Assembly (NCBI GenBank): GCA_949283205.1
Contig: CASDSD010000043.1
Location: 3,526 to 67,525, forward strand
DNA length: 64,000 nt
Source of the DNA: an uncultured Alistipes sp.
GTDB lineage: Bacteria > Bacteroidota > Bacteroidia > Bacteroidales > Rikenellaceae
Reading direction: 5' to 3'
Every line of letters begins with the position of its first letter. The first letter of the stretch is position 1. Shown here one piece after another: positions 10,059 through 19,395 of the stretch. Both the position numbers and the translations under genes were made by a program. The notes beneath the pieces were generated by a model. The model was not told the DNA's origin, made no database searches, and was given only the letters and a program-made list of their open reading frames with translations.

Positions 10059-10344
10059 CTCACAAACACATATCTCTCCTTACACCCTTTTTTGCCCGCC
10101 GCGGGCCCCGTATGGCATCGTTTTTGCCCGTTCATGCGACGGGCAGGACCGGATAAAGGTAACTAATTCTTTTATCTTTGATATGTTTTACACATCTTTC
10201 TGTTTATTTTCTGTTTGCACACGGTATGCGCAGCGATGCGTGTACGATCCGGCTCCTGCCCCTTTTTTGATCCGTCACGACAACCCCCGCATGCACATAC
10301 GTCCCCGCGACGACGCCCCCGACATCTCATGACCTCCCCCGCCA

Positions 10345-12333
10345 TCACAGGATCAGCCGCCGGCTCTGCTTCGACAGGGCCAGCTTCACCTGGTTGAGCT
10401 TCGAGAGCTGCATCATGCACTCCGCCAGCTCCACGTCGCCGAGGCTCTCGTCCTTGAGCCGCTCACGCAGGGCGTTTATCATGCGCTCGACGACCTTCGA
10501 GCGGTAGAGCATGATCGCCTTCGGCACCCCGACAGCCAGAATCTCGCTCTCGCTCTCGACATGCACATCCTTGCGCCGCCATATCTCGCTCGGGACATAG
10601 TTGTCGTCCGCGGTGAGGATATCGACCGCAGCGTTGCACACCTCCGGATCGGGATGGTTCACGAAGACCTGCGCCGGCACCTCCACTCCCGTCCCCAACT
10701 CGCGCCACTTGTCGCGGTAGGCCTCGAGGATACTCTCGTAGACCGGATTCGAGAAGGTTATGTTGTCGGCCTCGAGGCTCTGAAGGATCTCCTCGGCGAT
10801 ATTTATCTCCACCACGCTGCGCCCCTCCGTAACCTCGAAACACTTGTGCCCCGACTTGAGCAGATATTTCACCAGCTCGCGTTCCAGAGCCTCCTCGCTG
10901 CTGCCCGCCGCGCCCCCCTTCGTAAGGTCCGGCTCCGCCTGCGCCTGTGCCCCTGCCGCCTGCTGCTCACGCACCAGCCGCTGCTGCCGCCGCACGAACT
11001 CCGCCGCCTCGCTGTCGCCCGACTGCATGGCACGCTTGCGCGCAACCTCCGCAATGAGGACGCTCTCGTCGACATCCATCGTGCGGGCGCACTCCTTGAT
11101 ATAGACCGACCGCTGTATCGAGTCGGGGATCTGCACGATCGACCGCACCATGTCGCCGATCACCTCCGAGCGCTTGATCGGGTCGCTGCCCGCCTCGCGC
11201 AGCATGAGACGCGCCTTGAACGAGAGGAAGTCCTCCTCATTCTCCCGTATGTAGGCATGCACCTCCTCGGCCGTATGGGCTCGGGCAAAGGAGTCGGGGT
11301 CGTGCTCCGGCGGCAGCAGCACCACGCGCACGTTCATCCCCTCCCGCAGGATCATGTCTATACCGCGCAGCGAGGCGTGTATGCCGGCCGAGTCGCCGTC
11401 GTAGATCACCGTTATGTTGCGCGTGAAGCGGTGCAGCAGCTGTATCTGCTCCGTCGTAAGGGAGGTGCCCGATGAAGAGACGACATTCTCCACGCCCGCC
11501 TGGTGCATCGAGATGACGTCGGTGTATCCCTCGACCATGATGGCGTAGTCCTGCTGCTGTATGGCCTTCTTCGCAAAATAGAGGCCGTAGAGCTCGCGTT
11601 TCTTGCTGTATATCTCGCTCTCGGGCGAATTCTGGTACTTGGCCACCGATTTGTCGGTGCGCAGCGTACGGCCGCCGAAGGCCACCACGCGCCCCGAGAT
11701 GTTGTGCACGGGGAAGATTACGCGGTCGCGGAAACGGTCATAGACGCGGCCGTCGCTCTCGCGCTTGAGCGCGAGGCCCGTCGAGAGCAGGAACTCCTCC
11801 TTGTATCCTGCCGCCAGAGCCGCCCGCGTCAGGTCGTCGCCCTTGGCCGAGCAGAAGCCGAGGCCGAACTTGCGGATCGTGGCGTCGGTAAAGCCGCGCT
11901 TCTGCGAGAAATATGTCAACCCCACGCTGCGGCCCTCGGAGGTGCCCGTAAGGTATTTGGCGAAATATTCCGCCGCCCAGCCGTTCAGGGCGAACATGCT
12001 CTCGCGGTCGTTGTTGCGGCGCACGTCCTCCTCGGTCATGGCGCGCTCCTCGACCTCGATGCCGTAACGCTTGGCCACCATGCGCAGCGCCTCGGGATAG
12101 CTTACACCCTCATGCTCCATGATGAAGGTGACGGCATTGCCGCCCTTGCCGCAGCCGAAGCACTTGAACACCCCCTTCGAGGGCGAGACCACGAACGAGG
12201 GGGTCTTCTCCTGATGGAAGGGGCAGCACGCCTGATAGTTCACGCCCTTCTTCTTGAGCGTGACATAGTCGCCGATGATGTCTACGATATCGGCGGCGGC
12301 GTATATGCGGTCCACTGTGGCGCGGTCGATCAT
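10345..12333 (-). CDS. dnaG: DNA primase
   Basis: Zinc finger CPFHQEKTPSFVVSPSKGVFKCFGCGKGG. TOPRIM motifs EGYTDV and DGDSAG. Confidence 0.95.
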   Translation of the reverse strand: MIDRATVDRIYAAADIVDIIGDYVTLKKKGVNYQACCPFHQEKTPSFVVSPSKGVFKCFGCGKGGNAVTFIMEHEGVSYPEALRMVAKRYGIEVEERAMTEEDVRRNNDRESMFALNGWAAEYFAKYLTGTSEGRSVGLTYFSQKRGFTDATIRKFGLGFCSAKGDDLTRAALAAGYKEEFLLSTGLALKRESDGRVYDRFRDRVIFPVHNISGRVVAFGGRTLRTDKSVAKYQNSPESEIYSKKRELYGLYFAKKAIQQQDYAIMVEGYTDVISMHQAGVENVVSSSGTSLTTEQIQLLHRFTRNITVIYDGDSAGIHASLRGIDMILREGMNVRVVLLPPEHDPDSFARAHTAEEVHAYIRENEEDFLSFKARLMLREAGSDPIKRSEVIGDMVRSIVQIPDSIQRSVYIKECARTMDVDESVLIAEVARKRAMQSGDSEAAEFVRRQQRLVREQQAAGAQAQAEPDLTKGGAAGSSEEALERELVKYLLKSGHKCFEVTEGRSVVEINIAEEILQSLEADNITFSNPVYESILEAYRDKWRELGTGVEVPAQVFVNHPDPEVCNAAVDILTADDNYVPSEIWRRKDVHVESESEILAVGVPKAIMLYRSKVVERMINALRERLKDESLGDVELAECMMQLSKLNQVKLALSKQSRRLIL

Positions 12334-12356
12334 TTTCCGAGCATACTTTTAGCAGG

Positions 12357-12364
12357 CAAAGTTA
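12357..12364 (-). promoter_or_regulatory. -7 box (TAacTTTG) for dnaG
   Basis: Plus strand CAAAGTTA is TAACTTTG on the minus strand, 24 nt upstream of ATG 12333. Confidence 0.45.
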
Positions 12365-12509
12365 ACAATAATCGGCGAGATTGCATCGCGCCGCCGCGCT
12401 ATTCTTGCGGCGGGCGGTGCCGCTGCGCCCGCCGCAAGATGCGCCACGCCAAGCGGGGGATTCCGCCGGACGACCGTTTTTCACTGTTTTTTCCCATACC
12501 CACGACATG

Positions 12510-12561
12510 GAAATTTTTTCCTATCTTTGCAAATAGAAATTTTTTCCTATCTCTGTAAATA
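12510..12561 (+). repeat. tandem 26-bp duplication (2 copies, 2 mismatches) containing a promoter box
   Basis: GAAATTTTTTCCTATCTTTGCAAATA followed directly by GAAATTTTTTCCTATCTCTGTAAATA. Confidence 0.9.
12522..12529 (+). promoter_or_regulatory. -7 box (TAtcTTTG) in the distal repeat copy, upstream of the TlpA-like gene
   Basis: Perfect TATCTTTG. The proximal copy (12548-12555) is degenerate, TATCTCTG. Confidence 0.45.
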
Positions 12562-12562
12562 C

Positions 12563-13690
12563 ATGACAACCATGACAAGATTTGCCATTATCTGCACGGC
12601 GGCGCTCCTCGCCGCAGCCTGTTCCAAGCCCTGCATAACCGTAACGGTAAGCGGCCTCGACGAGACCGAACTCAACATATCGCACATGGCCCTGAAGGAC
12701 TACCCCGTCCCCAACGACAGCGACCCGCGGGTAAAGAACGAGACAATACCCCTCAAGGAGGGCAAGGCGGTCATCACACCCGACTCGCTGCCGTCGCTCT
12801 ATGCCATATCGCCCGCCTCGAAGCCGCAGGCGTTCATACGCATGATTGTCGAGCCGCAGGACCGCATAACCATAAGGTTCAAGGCCGACGAAAACGGGTA
12901 CATCTATACCGCCTCGGGCTCTGCCGCGGCCGACGGCATGGCCGACTACCTCGGAACGGTACACGGCACCGACATGGCCATCGACAGCATGGTGAACCTC
13001 CTGAACGGCGACCCGGACAACAAGGGGTATTTCGACATATACGACTCGCTCTCCACAGCCCGCCGCACGCTCACCGCAGCGTGGATACGCCGCAACGCCG
13101 ACAACCCCTCGGCGGCGCTGCTGCTGCGCAACGTGCCGCTGGACTCGGTGCCGGCGCTCTATGACATCTTCGACGAGAGCATGCGCACGTCACACCTTGC
13201 GCCCCTGATCGACGAGACCAAGCATAACTCCGACAGGCGCATAGCCACCCGGAAGGCTGCCGAGGCGACCGTTCCCGGGGCGGAGGCTCCCGACTTCACG
13301 CTCAACGATCCCGACGGCAAGCCCGTCTCCCTGAGTTCGCTGCGCGGCAAGTGGGTGGTGCTCGACTTCTGGGGCACGTGGTGCGGATGGTGCATAAAGG
13401 GCATCCCCGACATGAAGAAATACGAGGAGAAGTACCGCAAGCGCTGCACCTTCGTCAGCATCGACTGCTTCGACTCGCCCGAGAGGTGGAAAGAGGGGCT
13501 CGAGAAGTACCAGATGCCGTGGATACAGGTGTACAACCCCGACGACGCCCCGCTCGACAAGAACGCAATCGTACTCTACGGCGTGCAGGGTTACCCCACC
13601 AAGATCGTCATCGACCCCGACGGCCGCATACACAAGGTCTTCGCAGGCGAGGGGCCCGACTTCTACAAGGAGCTGGACGCCGTGCTGTAG
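12563..13690 (+). CDS. TlpA-family thiol-disulfide oxidoreductase lipoprotein
   Basis: Lipoprotein signal (...TAALLAAACS). C-terminal thioredoxin fold with WGTWCGWC active site. An alternative ATG lies at 12572. Confidence 0.85.
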   Translation: MTTMTRFAIICTAALLAAACSKPCITVTVSGLDETELNISHMALKDYPVPNDSDPRVKNETIPLKEGKAVITPDSLPSLYAISPASKPQAFIRMIVEPQDRITIRFKADENGYIYTASGSAAADGMADYLGTVHGTDMAIDSMVNLLNGDPDNKGYFDIYDSLSTARRTLTAAWIRRNADNPSAALLLRNVPLDSVPALYDIFDESMRTSHLAPLIDETKHNSDRRIATRKAAEATVPGAEAPDFTLNDPDGKPVSLSSLRGKWVVLDFWGTWCGWCIKGIPDMKKYEEKYRKRCTFVSIDCFDSPERWKEGLEKYQMPWIQVYNPDDAPLDKNAIVLYGVQGYPTKIVIDPDGRIHKVFAGEGPDFYKELDAVL

Positions 13691-13720
13691 CCACCGGCTC
13701 CACACGATACGTGCCGATAA

Positions 13721-13750
13721 AGGCAGGGCACGCAAGCTCTGCCTTTTTTA
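13721..13750 (+). terminator. rho-independent terminator after the TlpA-like gene
   Basis: Stem GGCAGGGC / GCTCTGCC (one mismatch), followed by TTTTTT. Confidence 0.6.
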
Positions 13751-13770
13751 TTCCGTAAAGAATTTTTCGT

Positions 13771-13778
13771 TACCTTTG
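13771..13778 (+). promoter_or_regulatory. -7 box (TAccTTTG) only 4 nt upstream of the uvrB ATG
   Basis: The sequence reads TACCTTTG-CGGC-ATG. Confidence 0.45.
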
Positions 13779-13782
13779 CGGC

Positions 13783-15810
13783 ATGGATTTCAAACTCGTG
13801 TCGGATTATGCGCCCACGGGCGACCAGCCCGAAGCCATCGCCCAGCTCATCGACTCGATCGAGAGCGGGGCGCGCCACAACACGCTGCTCGGCGTGACGG
13901 GCTCGGGAAAGACCTTCACCATAGCCAACGTGGTGGCGCACTTCAACCGTCCCACACTCGTATTGAGCCACAACAAGACCCTCGCGGCGCAGCTCTACGG
14001 CGAGTTCAAGAACTTCTTCCCCGAGAATGCCGTCGAGTATTTCGTATCCTACTACGACTACTACCAGCCCGAGGCCTACCTCCCATCGACGGACACATAT
14101 ATCGAGAAGGACCTCGCCGTAAACGACGAGCTGGACAAACTGCGCCTGCATGCCACGGCGACGCTGCTGTCGGGACGGCGCGACGTGGTGGTGGTATCGA
14201 GCGTCTCGTGCCTCTACGGCATAGGCAACCCGAACGACTTCCACGCCACCTCGATAACGATACGCACGGGCGACGTGGTCAACTACAAGCACTTCATGTA
14301 CCGCCTCGTGGAGGCGCTCTACACCCGCACCGAGACCGACATGACGCCCGCGACCTTCCGCGTCAAGGGCGACACCTTCGACATCATGCCCGCCTTCGGC
14401 GACAACTGCTACCGCGTCACCTTCTTCGACAACGAGATCGAGTCGATACAGACCATCGACCCCGTGAGCGGGCAGCGGTTCGAGACGCTGGACGAGGTGA
14501 CGATATTCCCCGCCAACCTCTTCGTCACGACCAAGGAGCATATCAACTCGGCGGTGCAGCAGATATACCTCGACCTGGGCAAGCAGATAGAGTTTTTCGA
14601 GCGGCAGGGGCGCATGGTCGAGGCGCAGCGCATAAAGCAGCGCGTGGAGTACGACCTCGAGATGATCAAGGAGCTGGGCTACTGCCCCGGCATAGAGAAC
14701 TACTCGCGCTACTTCGACGGGCGGCCCGAGGGGACACGTCCCTTCTGCCTTCTGGACTACTTCCCGAAGGACTACATGATGGTCATCGACGAGAGCCACG
14801 TCACCCTGCCGCAGGTGCACGCCATGTTCGGCGGCGACCGCGCCCGCAAGGAGAACCTCGTCGAGTACGGCTTCCGCCTCCCCGCGGCCAAGGACAACCG
14901 ACCGCTGCGCTTCGAGGAGTTCGAGCAGCTGATGGGCACGACGATATATGTCAGCGCCACCCCCGCCGACTACGAGCTGGTGAAGAGCGAGGGCGTGGTC
15001 GTCGAGCAGCTCATACGCCCCACGGGGCTGGTGGACCCGCCGCTCGAGGTGCGCGTGACGCTAAACCAGATAGACGACCTCATAGAGGAGATAGACAAGC
15101 GCGTGAAGGTCGAGGACAAGATCCTCATCACCACCATCACCAAGCGCATGGCCGAGGAGCTGTCGAAATACTTCGACCGCGTGGGCATCCGCAACCGATA
15201 CATACACTCCGACGTCGACACCCTGGAGCGGGTGCAGATCCTCGAGGACCTGCGTGCCGGCATGTTCGACGTGCTGGTGGGGGTAAATCTGCTGCGCGAG
15301 GGGCTCGACCTGCCGGAGGTGGGCCTGGTGGCCATCCTCGACGCCGACAAGGAGGGATTCCTGCGCAACGTGCGCTCCATCACGCAGATCGCGGGGCGCG
15401 CCGCACGCCACTCGAACGGCCACGTCATCCTCTATGCCGACCGCTGCACCGACTCGATGGTGGCGGCCATAGAGCAGAGCAACCGCCGCCGCGAGAAACA
15501 GGTGCAGTACAACATAGAACATGCGATGCTGCCGCGCCAGGCGCAGAAGAGCGGCTCGGGACAGAGCCTCCTCATAGGGCAGCAGCAGTCGCAGCAACCC
15601 GCCGCGACGGTACTCTACCCCGAGGCGGAGGAGAGCCGCATGATCGCCGCCGACGTGCAGACGACATATAACGCGGCCGACCTCGACACGCTAATAGCCA
15701 AGGCGCGCGAGGACATGGAGCGGGCGGCCAAGGCGCTCGACTTCCTCGCGGCGGCACGTTACCGCGACCGCATGTACGAATTGCAGAAACTCAAGGAGGA
15801 GGCTCGCTGA
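13783..15810 (+). CDS. uvrB: excinuclease ABC subunit B
   Basis: Walker A GVTGSGKTFT, DESH box (VIDESHVT), C-terminal UVR motif AAARYRDRMYELQKL. Confidence 0.97.
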   Translation: MDFKLVSDYAPTGDQPEAIAQLIDSIESGARHNTLLGVTGSGKTFTIANVVAHFNRPTLVLSHNKTLAAQLYGEFKNFFPENAVEYFVSYYDYYQPEAYLPSTDTYIEKDLAVNDELDKLRLHATATLLSGRRDVVVVSSVSCLYGIGNPNDFHATSITIRTGDVVNYKHFMYRLVEALYTRTETDMTPATFRVKGDTFDIMPAFGDNCYRVTFFDNEIESIQTIDPVSGQRFETLDEVTIFPANLFVTTKEHINSAVQQIYLDLGKQIEFFERQGRMVEAQRIKQRVEYDLEMIKELGYCPGIENYSRYFDGRPEGTRPFCLLDYFPKDYMMVIDESHVTLPQVHAMFGGDRARKENLVEYGFRLPAAKDNRPLRFEEFEQLMGTTIYVSATPADYELVKSEGVVVEQLIRPTGLVDPPLEVRVTLNQIDDLIEEIDKRVKVEDKILITTITKRMAEELSKYFDRVGIRNRYIHSDVDTLERVQILEDLRAGMFDVLVGVNLLREGLDLPEVGLVAILDADKEGFLRNVRSITQIAGRAARHSNGHVILYADRCTDSMVAAIEQSNRRREKQVQYNIEHAMLPRQAQKSGSGQSLLIGQQQSQQPAATVLYPEAEESRMIAADVQTTYNAADLDTLIAKAREDMERAAKALDFLAAARYRDRMYELQKLKEEAR

Positions 15811-15848
15811 TCCTCCGCGATCATAACCAAACAATCAATCACAAACAC

Positions 15849-17828
15849 ATGAAGAAAAAGACAGCACGACAGGAAACTCCCTGTTTCCGACGCTGGAGCC
15901 GCAAAGCATACGGCATATTCGCCTCGCTCGGCCGCTGCGTCAACATCGGGGTCCTCTCGGTTGCCATGTCGATCATCTCATCTGCGACGGCCGGAGCCCA
16001 GGACACGGGCGCCGACACCACATCCGTCTACCGCTCCGTGGAGATGGAACGGGTGAATGTCGCGGGGCGGCAAGCGTCCTCCTCGCGCAGCATCGCGTCG
16101 CAGACGCCCGTCTTCAACCGCTCGACGGAGAGCGTCGCGCCCCTGCAGACCATCGAGTCTGCGCTGCGCCTCTCGCCCGCCGTCGACATCCGCGAGCGTG
16201 GCGGCAAGGGGATACAAACCGACATCTCAATCCGTGGAGGCTCCTTCGACCAGACAATGGTCACTCTCAACGGCATCAACTTCACCGATGCCAGGACCGG
16301 CCACCAGTCACATTCACTTCCCATCGACATCAATGCAGTCTCGGCCATAAACGTCATCGACGGCGTTTCGGGCGTGGGGGCATATGCCGGCGCCGTGGAT
16401 ATCCGGACCGCACCCATGTACCCGCAGTATATCAGCGTCGAGGCTTCGGGCGGGGCGTACGGCTACGGTTACGGCTCCCTGGCCGGAGGCTACACCACCG
16501 ACCGACTCTCGCTCCTGGTGACGGGGTCGGCGCGCCGCAGCGGCGGGTACACGCACAACACCGACTTCAAGAATTACAACGGTTACGTGCGCCTCTCCTA
16601 CTCGTCGCCCAAGGCGGGGCTGTTCGACTTCCAGGCCGGATACCAGAACCGCGCCTTCGGCGCCAACGGCTTCTATTCGCTCGCCTACCCCGACCAGTTC
16701 GAGCAGACCGCCACGGCGCTGGCGTCGCTGCGGTGGCTGCGGCAGGGCGAGCGGCTGCGCCTGACGGCAAACGTCAGCTACCGCATGAACACCGACCGCT
16801 TCGAACTCATGCGCGGCGACGAGTCGAAGGTACCCTTCAACCACCACATCACCGACAACATCGGTGCCGAGGCGGGTGCGGGATACCGTTGGGCCGCAGG
16901 CGAGACCTCGATCGGCATAGATATGGCATACAACCACATATACAGTACCGTTCTGGGAGACGAATGCGCCCCGAAACGCATCCGCGGCATCGACTACGAC
17001 CACCGCAAGGACCGCACTACGATAAACGCCACATTGAGGCATGAGAAACGCTGGCGGCGGCTGTCATTGAACGGGGCCGCAGGCATAAGCCACTCGGATT
17101 ACGGCACCGACGCCCTGTGGAACATCGGTGCCAATTACGCTGCGGGACGCTTCTGGTCGTTCGACGCGGGCGTCGTGGAGTCGATGCGCCTACCCACATA
17201 CACCGACCTCTACTATACGGCCGCAGGATATAAAAGCGACCGCAACCTCTCGCCCGAACATGCCCTCACATACCACGTCTCGGCGCAGTACGACCGCAAC
17301 GGGTGGCAGACCGGCCTCTACACCTACTACCGCCGCGGCCGCAACGTCATCGACTGGGTCAAGCAGAATGTCGACGACGACTGGCGGTCGATGCAGATAA
17401 CCAGCATGAAGACCTTCGGCACGGAATTGTCGCTCGCATACGCCACCGAAGGGTGGATGCGGCGCGCCTCGATCGGATATGGATACATATACCAGGATTC
17501 CGACAGCAGGGGCATGATCTCGAAGTATGCGCTCGACTACATGCGCAACAAGCTCTCGGCACGCCTCGACACGGCGCCGCTGCGGCGCCTCTCACTCTCG
17601 GTGACGGGCACGCTATACGACCGCATAGGGTCATACGCCGGGCGCGACGCCGCCATGCACTCCTATTCGCCCTACTTCCTGCTCGATGCCCGCGCGGCAT
17701 ACGACATATGGAAGCTGCGCGTATATGTCGACGCCACGAACATCACCTCCACCGTCTACTACGACTACGGAGGCATGCGCATGCCCGACTGCTGGGTCAC
17801 GGCAGGCGTCATACTCACGATAAAATAG
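15849..17828 (+). CDS. TonB-dependent outer-membrane receptor (substrate unknown)
   Basis: 659 aa. Signal peptide, plug-domain motifs (VNVAGR, IRGGSFDQTMVTLNGINFTD), then barrel-length C-terminal region. Confidence 0.85.
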   Translation: MKKKTARQETPCFRRWSRKAYGIFASLGRCVNIGVLSVAMSIISSATAGAQDTGADTTSVYRSVEMERVNVAGRQASSSRSIASQTPVFNRSTESVAPLQTIESALRLSPAVDIRERGGKGIQTDISIRGGSFDQTMVTLNGINFTDARTGHQSHSLPIDINAVSAINVIDGVSGVGAYAGAVDIRTAPMYPQYISVEASGGAYGYGYGSLAGGYTTDRLSLLVTGSARRSGGYTHNTDFKNYNGYVRLSYSSPKAGLFDFQAGYQNRAFGANGFYSLAYPDQFEQTATALASLRWLRQGERLRLTANVSYRMNTDRFELMRGDESKVPFNHHITDNIGAEAGAGYRWAAGETSIGIDMAYNHIYSTVLGDECAPKRIRGIDYDHRKDRTTINATLRHEKRWRRLSLNGAAGISHSDYGTDALWNIGANYAAGRFWSFDAGVVESMRLPTYTDLYYTAAGYKSDRNLSPEHALTYHVSAQYDRNGWQTGLYTYYRRGRNVIDWVKQNVDDDWRSMQITSMKTFGTELSLAYATEGWMRRASIGYGYIYQDSDSRGMISKYALDYMRNKLSARLDTAPLRRLSLSVTGTLYDRIGSYAGRDAAMHSYSPYFLLDARAAYDIWKLRVYVDATNITSTVYYDYGGMRMPDCWVTAGVILTIK

Positions 17829-17856
17829 ACCGGAATAAAATTCAGCGAGAAGGACG

Positions 17857-17890
17857 GACGCCGGCCCCGCAGGGTCGGCGTCGCTTTTTT
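17857..17890 (+). terminator. rho-independent terminator after the TonB-dependent receptor
   Basis: 11-bp stem GACGCCGGCCC / GGGTCGGCGTC (one G-T pair), then GC and TTTTTT. Confidence 0.7.
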
Positions 17891-17950
17891 CGGGAATGCC
17901 CCGCCAGCCATCCGGCATGAGCGCATGCGTCCCGCGGGCCGTGCGAAGGG

Positions 17951-18436
17951 TCACTCCGCCCGGTCGGCAAAGGTGAAATACCGTCCGGCGAGATAGCTGT
18001 AGACGACGCATACGGCCGTCGTAAGGGCCTTGGCCGGTGTGGGCCAGATGCCGCACACCTCGACGAAGAGCTTTATGCATACATAGTTCAGCAGCAGCGA
18101 CCCCGCCACAGAGAGCGCATACCGCCCGACCTGACGCGACGCCCGCGACCCCGTGGCGCAGAAGGCCACGTTGCGGTTGAGCCAGAAGCCCGTGAAGAAG
18201 GTTATGGGGAAGACCACGGCCAGCGCCGCCACATGGGGCGAGACCACAACGACGCCGAGGTCTATGTAACGCCCGGCCACCACAAAATGGTAGATAAGGA
18301 AATACCACACGAGGTCGAGCACCATGTTCGCCCCGCCGCAAACCGCATAACGGAACATGCGGCGCGAGACGAGATGCGTCAGCGGCCGCACGTAAAACAG
18401 GTCTATGATGCGTATGAGCGTATCGGCAAACCTCAT
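17951..18436 (-). CDS. GtrA-family membrane protein
   Basis: FRYAVCGGANMVLDLVWYFLIYHFV and four hydrophobic helices. ATG 18436 shares one nucleotide with the upstream TGA stop (TGATG). The track ORF begins at a GTG at 18457. Confidence 0.8.
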   Translation of the reverse strand: MRFADTLIRIIDLFYVRPLTHLVSRRMFRYAVCGGANMVLDLVWYFLIYHFVVAGRYIDLGVVVVSPHVAALAVVFPITFFTGFWLNRNVAFCATGSRASRQVGRYALSVAGSLLLNYVCIKLFVEVCGIWPTPAKALTTAVCVVYSYLAGRYFTFADRAE

Positions 18437-19395
18437 CACTTCACCTCGTATATCCACAGGTCGGGATATATGTCCTTGTACGAGCGGGCAAAGGCGTTGC
18501 AGTCGGCGCGGTTGTCGCTGCCGAACAACGCCGCGATGAATTTATCCTTGAAGGGGATGATGCGTCCATCCATATCCTTGACGTTCTTCTGCGCCATCTC
18601 CAATGCCCGCGCGGCGTTCTGCTCCGTCGAGAAGACTCCCGCCACGACCCAGAACCTGTAATCCGTTTGCGGCTGCGCCGCAGAAGGTTGCACTTGCGCC
18701 GCCGCATTCCCCGCCGGTGTTGCCACAGGCTGTGTCGCCGCAGGTTGTTCCGCCGCAGGCTGCGCCGCCACGTCGGGATTCTGCGCGGAGATATTCCCGG
18801 CCGCCCCGTCAGAGAGCGCCGACGGCAGCGAATCCGTTGTCGGCTCCACATCCTCCTCAACAATGGAAGAGGTCGTCAGCCTTATTTTGGTACCGTCGCC
18901 GCCCACGATGCTGACGCTGCTGAAAAGCTTGTCGCCCCACATCATATATATGCCCACGCACAGCGCCACGGCAACGCATACGCCGCTCACGGCATAGAGC
19001 CATGCGTTCGAGCGGCGCCGCACCACCAGCGTCTTCACGCCGTTCGGGTTTATCGCGGCATTGAACTCCGGCTCGGGAGAGAAACTCTTGTCGTTCAGCA
19101 CGCCCACACCGCCGATGGTGATACGCTTGCCCTCGCGCGTCCTGGCGAGCCACCGGTCGTATATGTCGCGCGCCTGCTCCTCACCGCAGCCCGCTATGGC
19201 GACGATCTCGTCCACGATCGAGCGGCCCTCGGCCTGCGACGAGAAATTCACCGCATTGCGCGGGCTCAAAAGACGGTCCTTCGAGATGCGCCTGGCGCCC
19301 TGACGCTCGATATAGAGCGTACCCACCTCCGGCAGGACGACACCCTTGCCGCCGATGAGCATGTTATAGATGATCTTGTTAACCTCTTCTACCAT
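18436..19395 (-). CDS. HU-like domain / SPOR domain membrane protein
   Basis: N-terminal HU-like segments, one TM helix (AWLYAVSGVCVAVALCVGIYMMW), P/A/Q-rich linker, and a C-terminal SPOR-like domain (YRFWVVAGVFSTEQNAARALEMAQ). Confidence 0.8.
   Translation of the reverse strand: MVEEVNKIIYNMLIGGKGVVLPEVGTLYIERQGARRISKDRLLSPRNAVNFSSQAEGRSIVDEIVAIAGCGEEQARDIYDRWLARTREGKRITIGGVGVLNDKSFSPEPEFNAAINPNGVKTLVVRRRSNAWLYAVSGVCVAVALCVGIYMMWGDKLFSSVSIVGGDGTKIRLTTSSIVEEDVEPTTDSLPSALSDGAAGNISAQNPDVAAQPAAEQPAATQPVATPAGNAAAQVQPSAAQPQTDYRFWVVAGVFSTEQNAARALEMAQKNVKDMDGRIIPFKDKFIAALFGSDNRADCNAFARSYKDIYPDLWIYEVK

Noticed and set aside
10059-10344. Possible small RNA in the AT-rich smpB/dnaG spacer (plus-strand TATCTTTG at about 10173).
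   Set aside because: There is no matching -33 element and no terminator downstream on the plus strand. The AT-rich part is adequately explained as the smpB promoter and leader on the minus strand (TACCTTTA-like box near 10154-10161).
13776-15671. 631-aa plus-strand ORF one frame off uvrB, together with the 385-aa antisense ORF at 13663-14820.
   Set aside because: Both overlap the clearly real uvrB frame. Their products are Arg/Pro/Gly-rich with no motifs.
15811-15848. Riboswitch (for example cobalamin or TPP) upstream of the TonB-dependent receptor.
   Set aside because: Only 38 nt separate the uvrB stop from the receptor start, which is too short for any known riboswitch aptamer.
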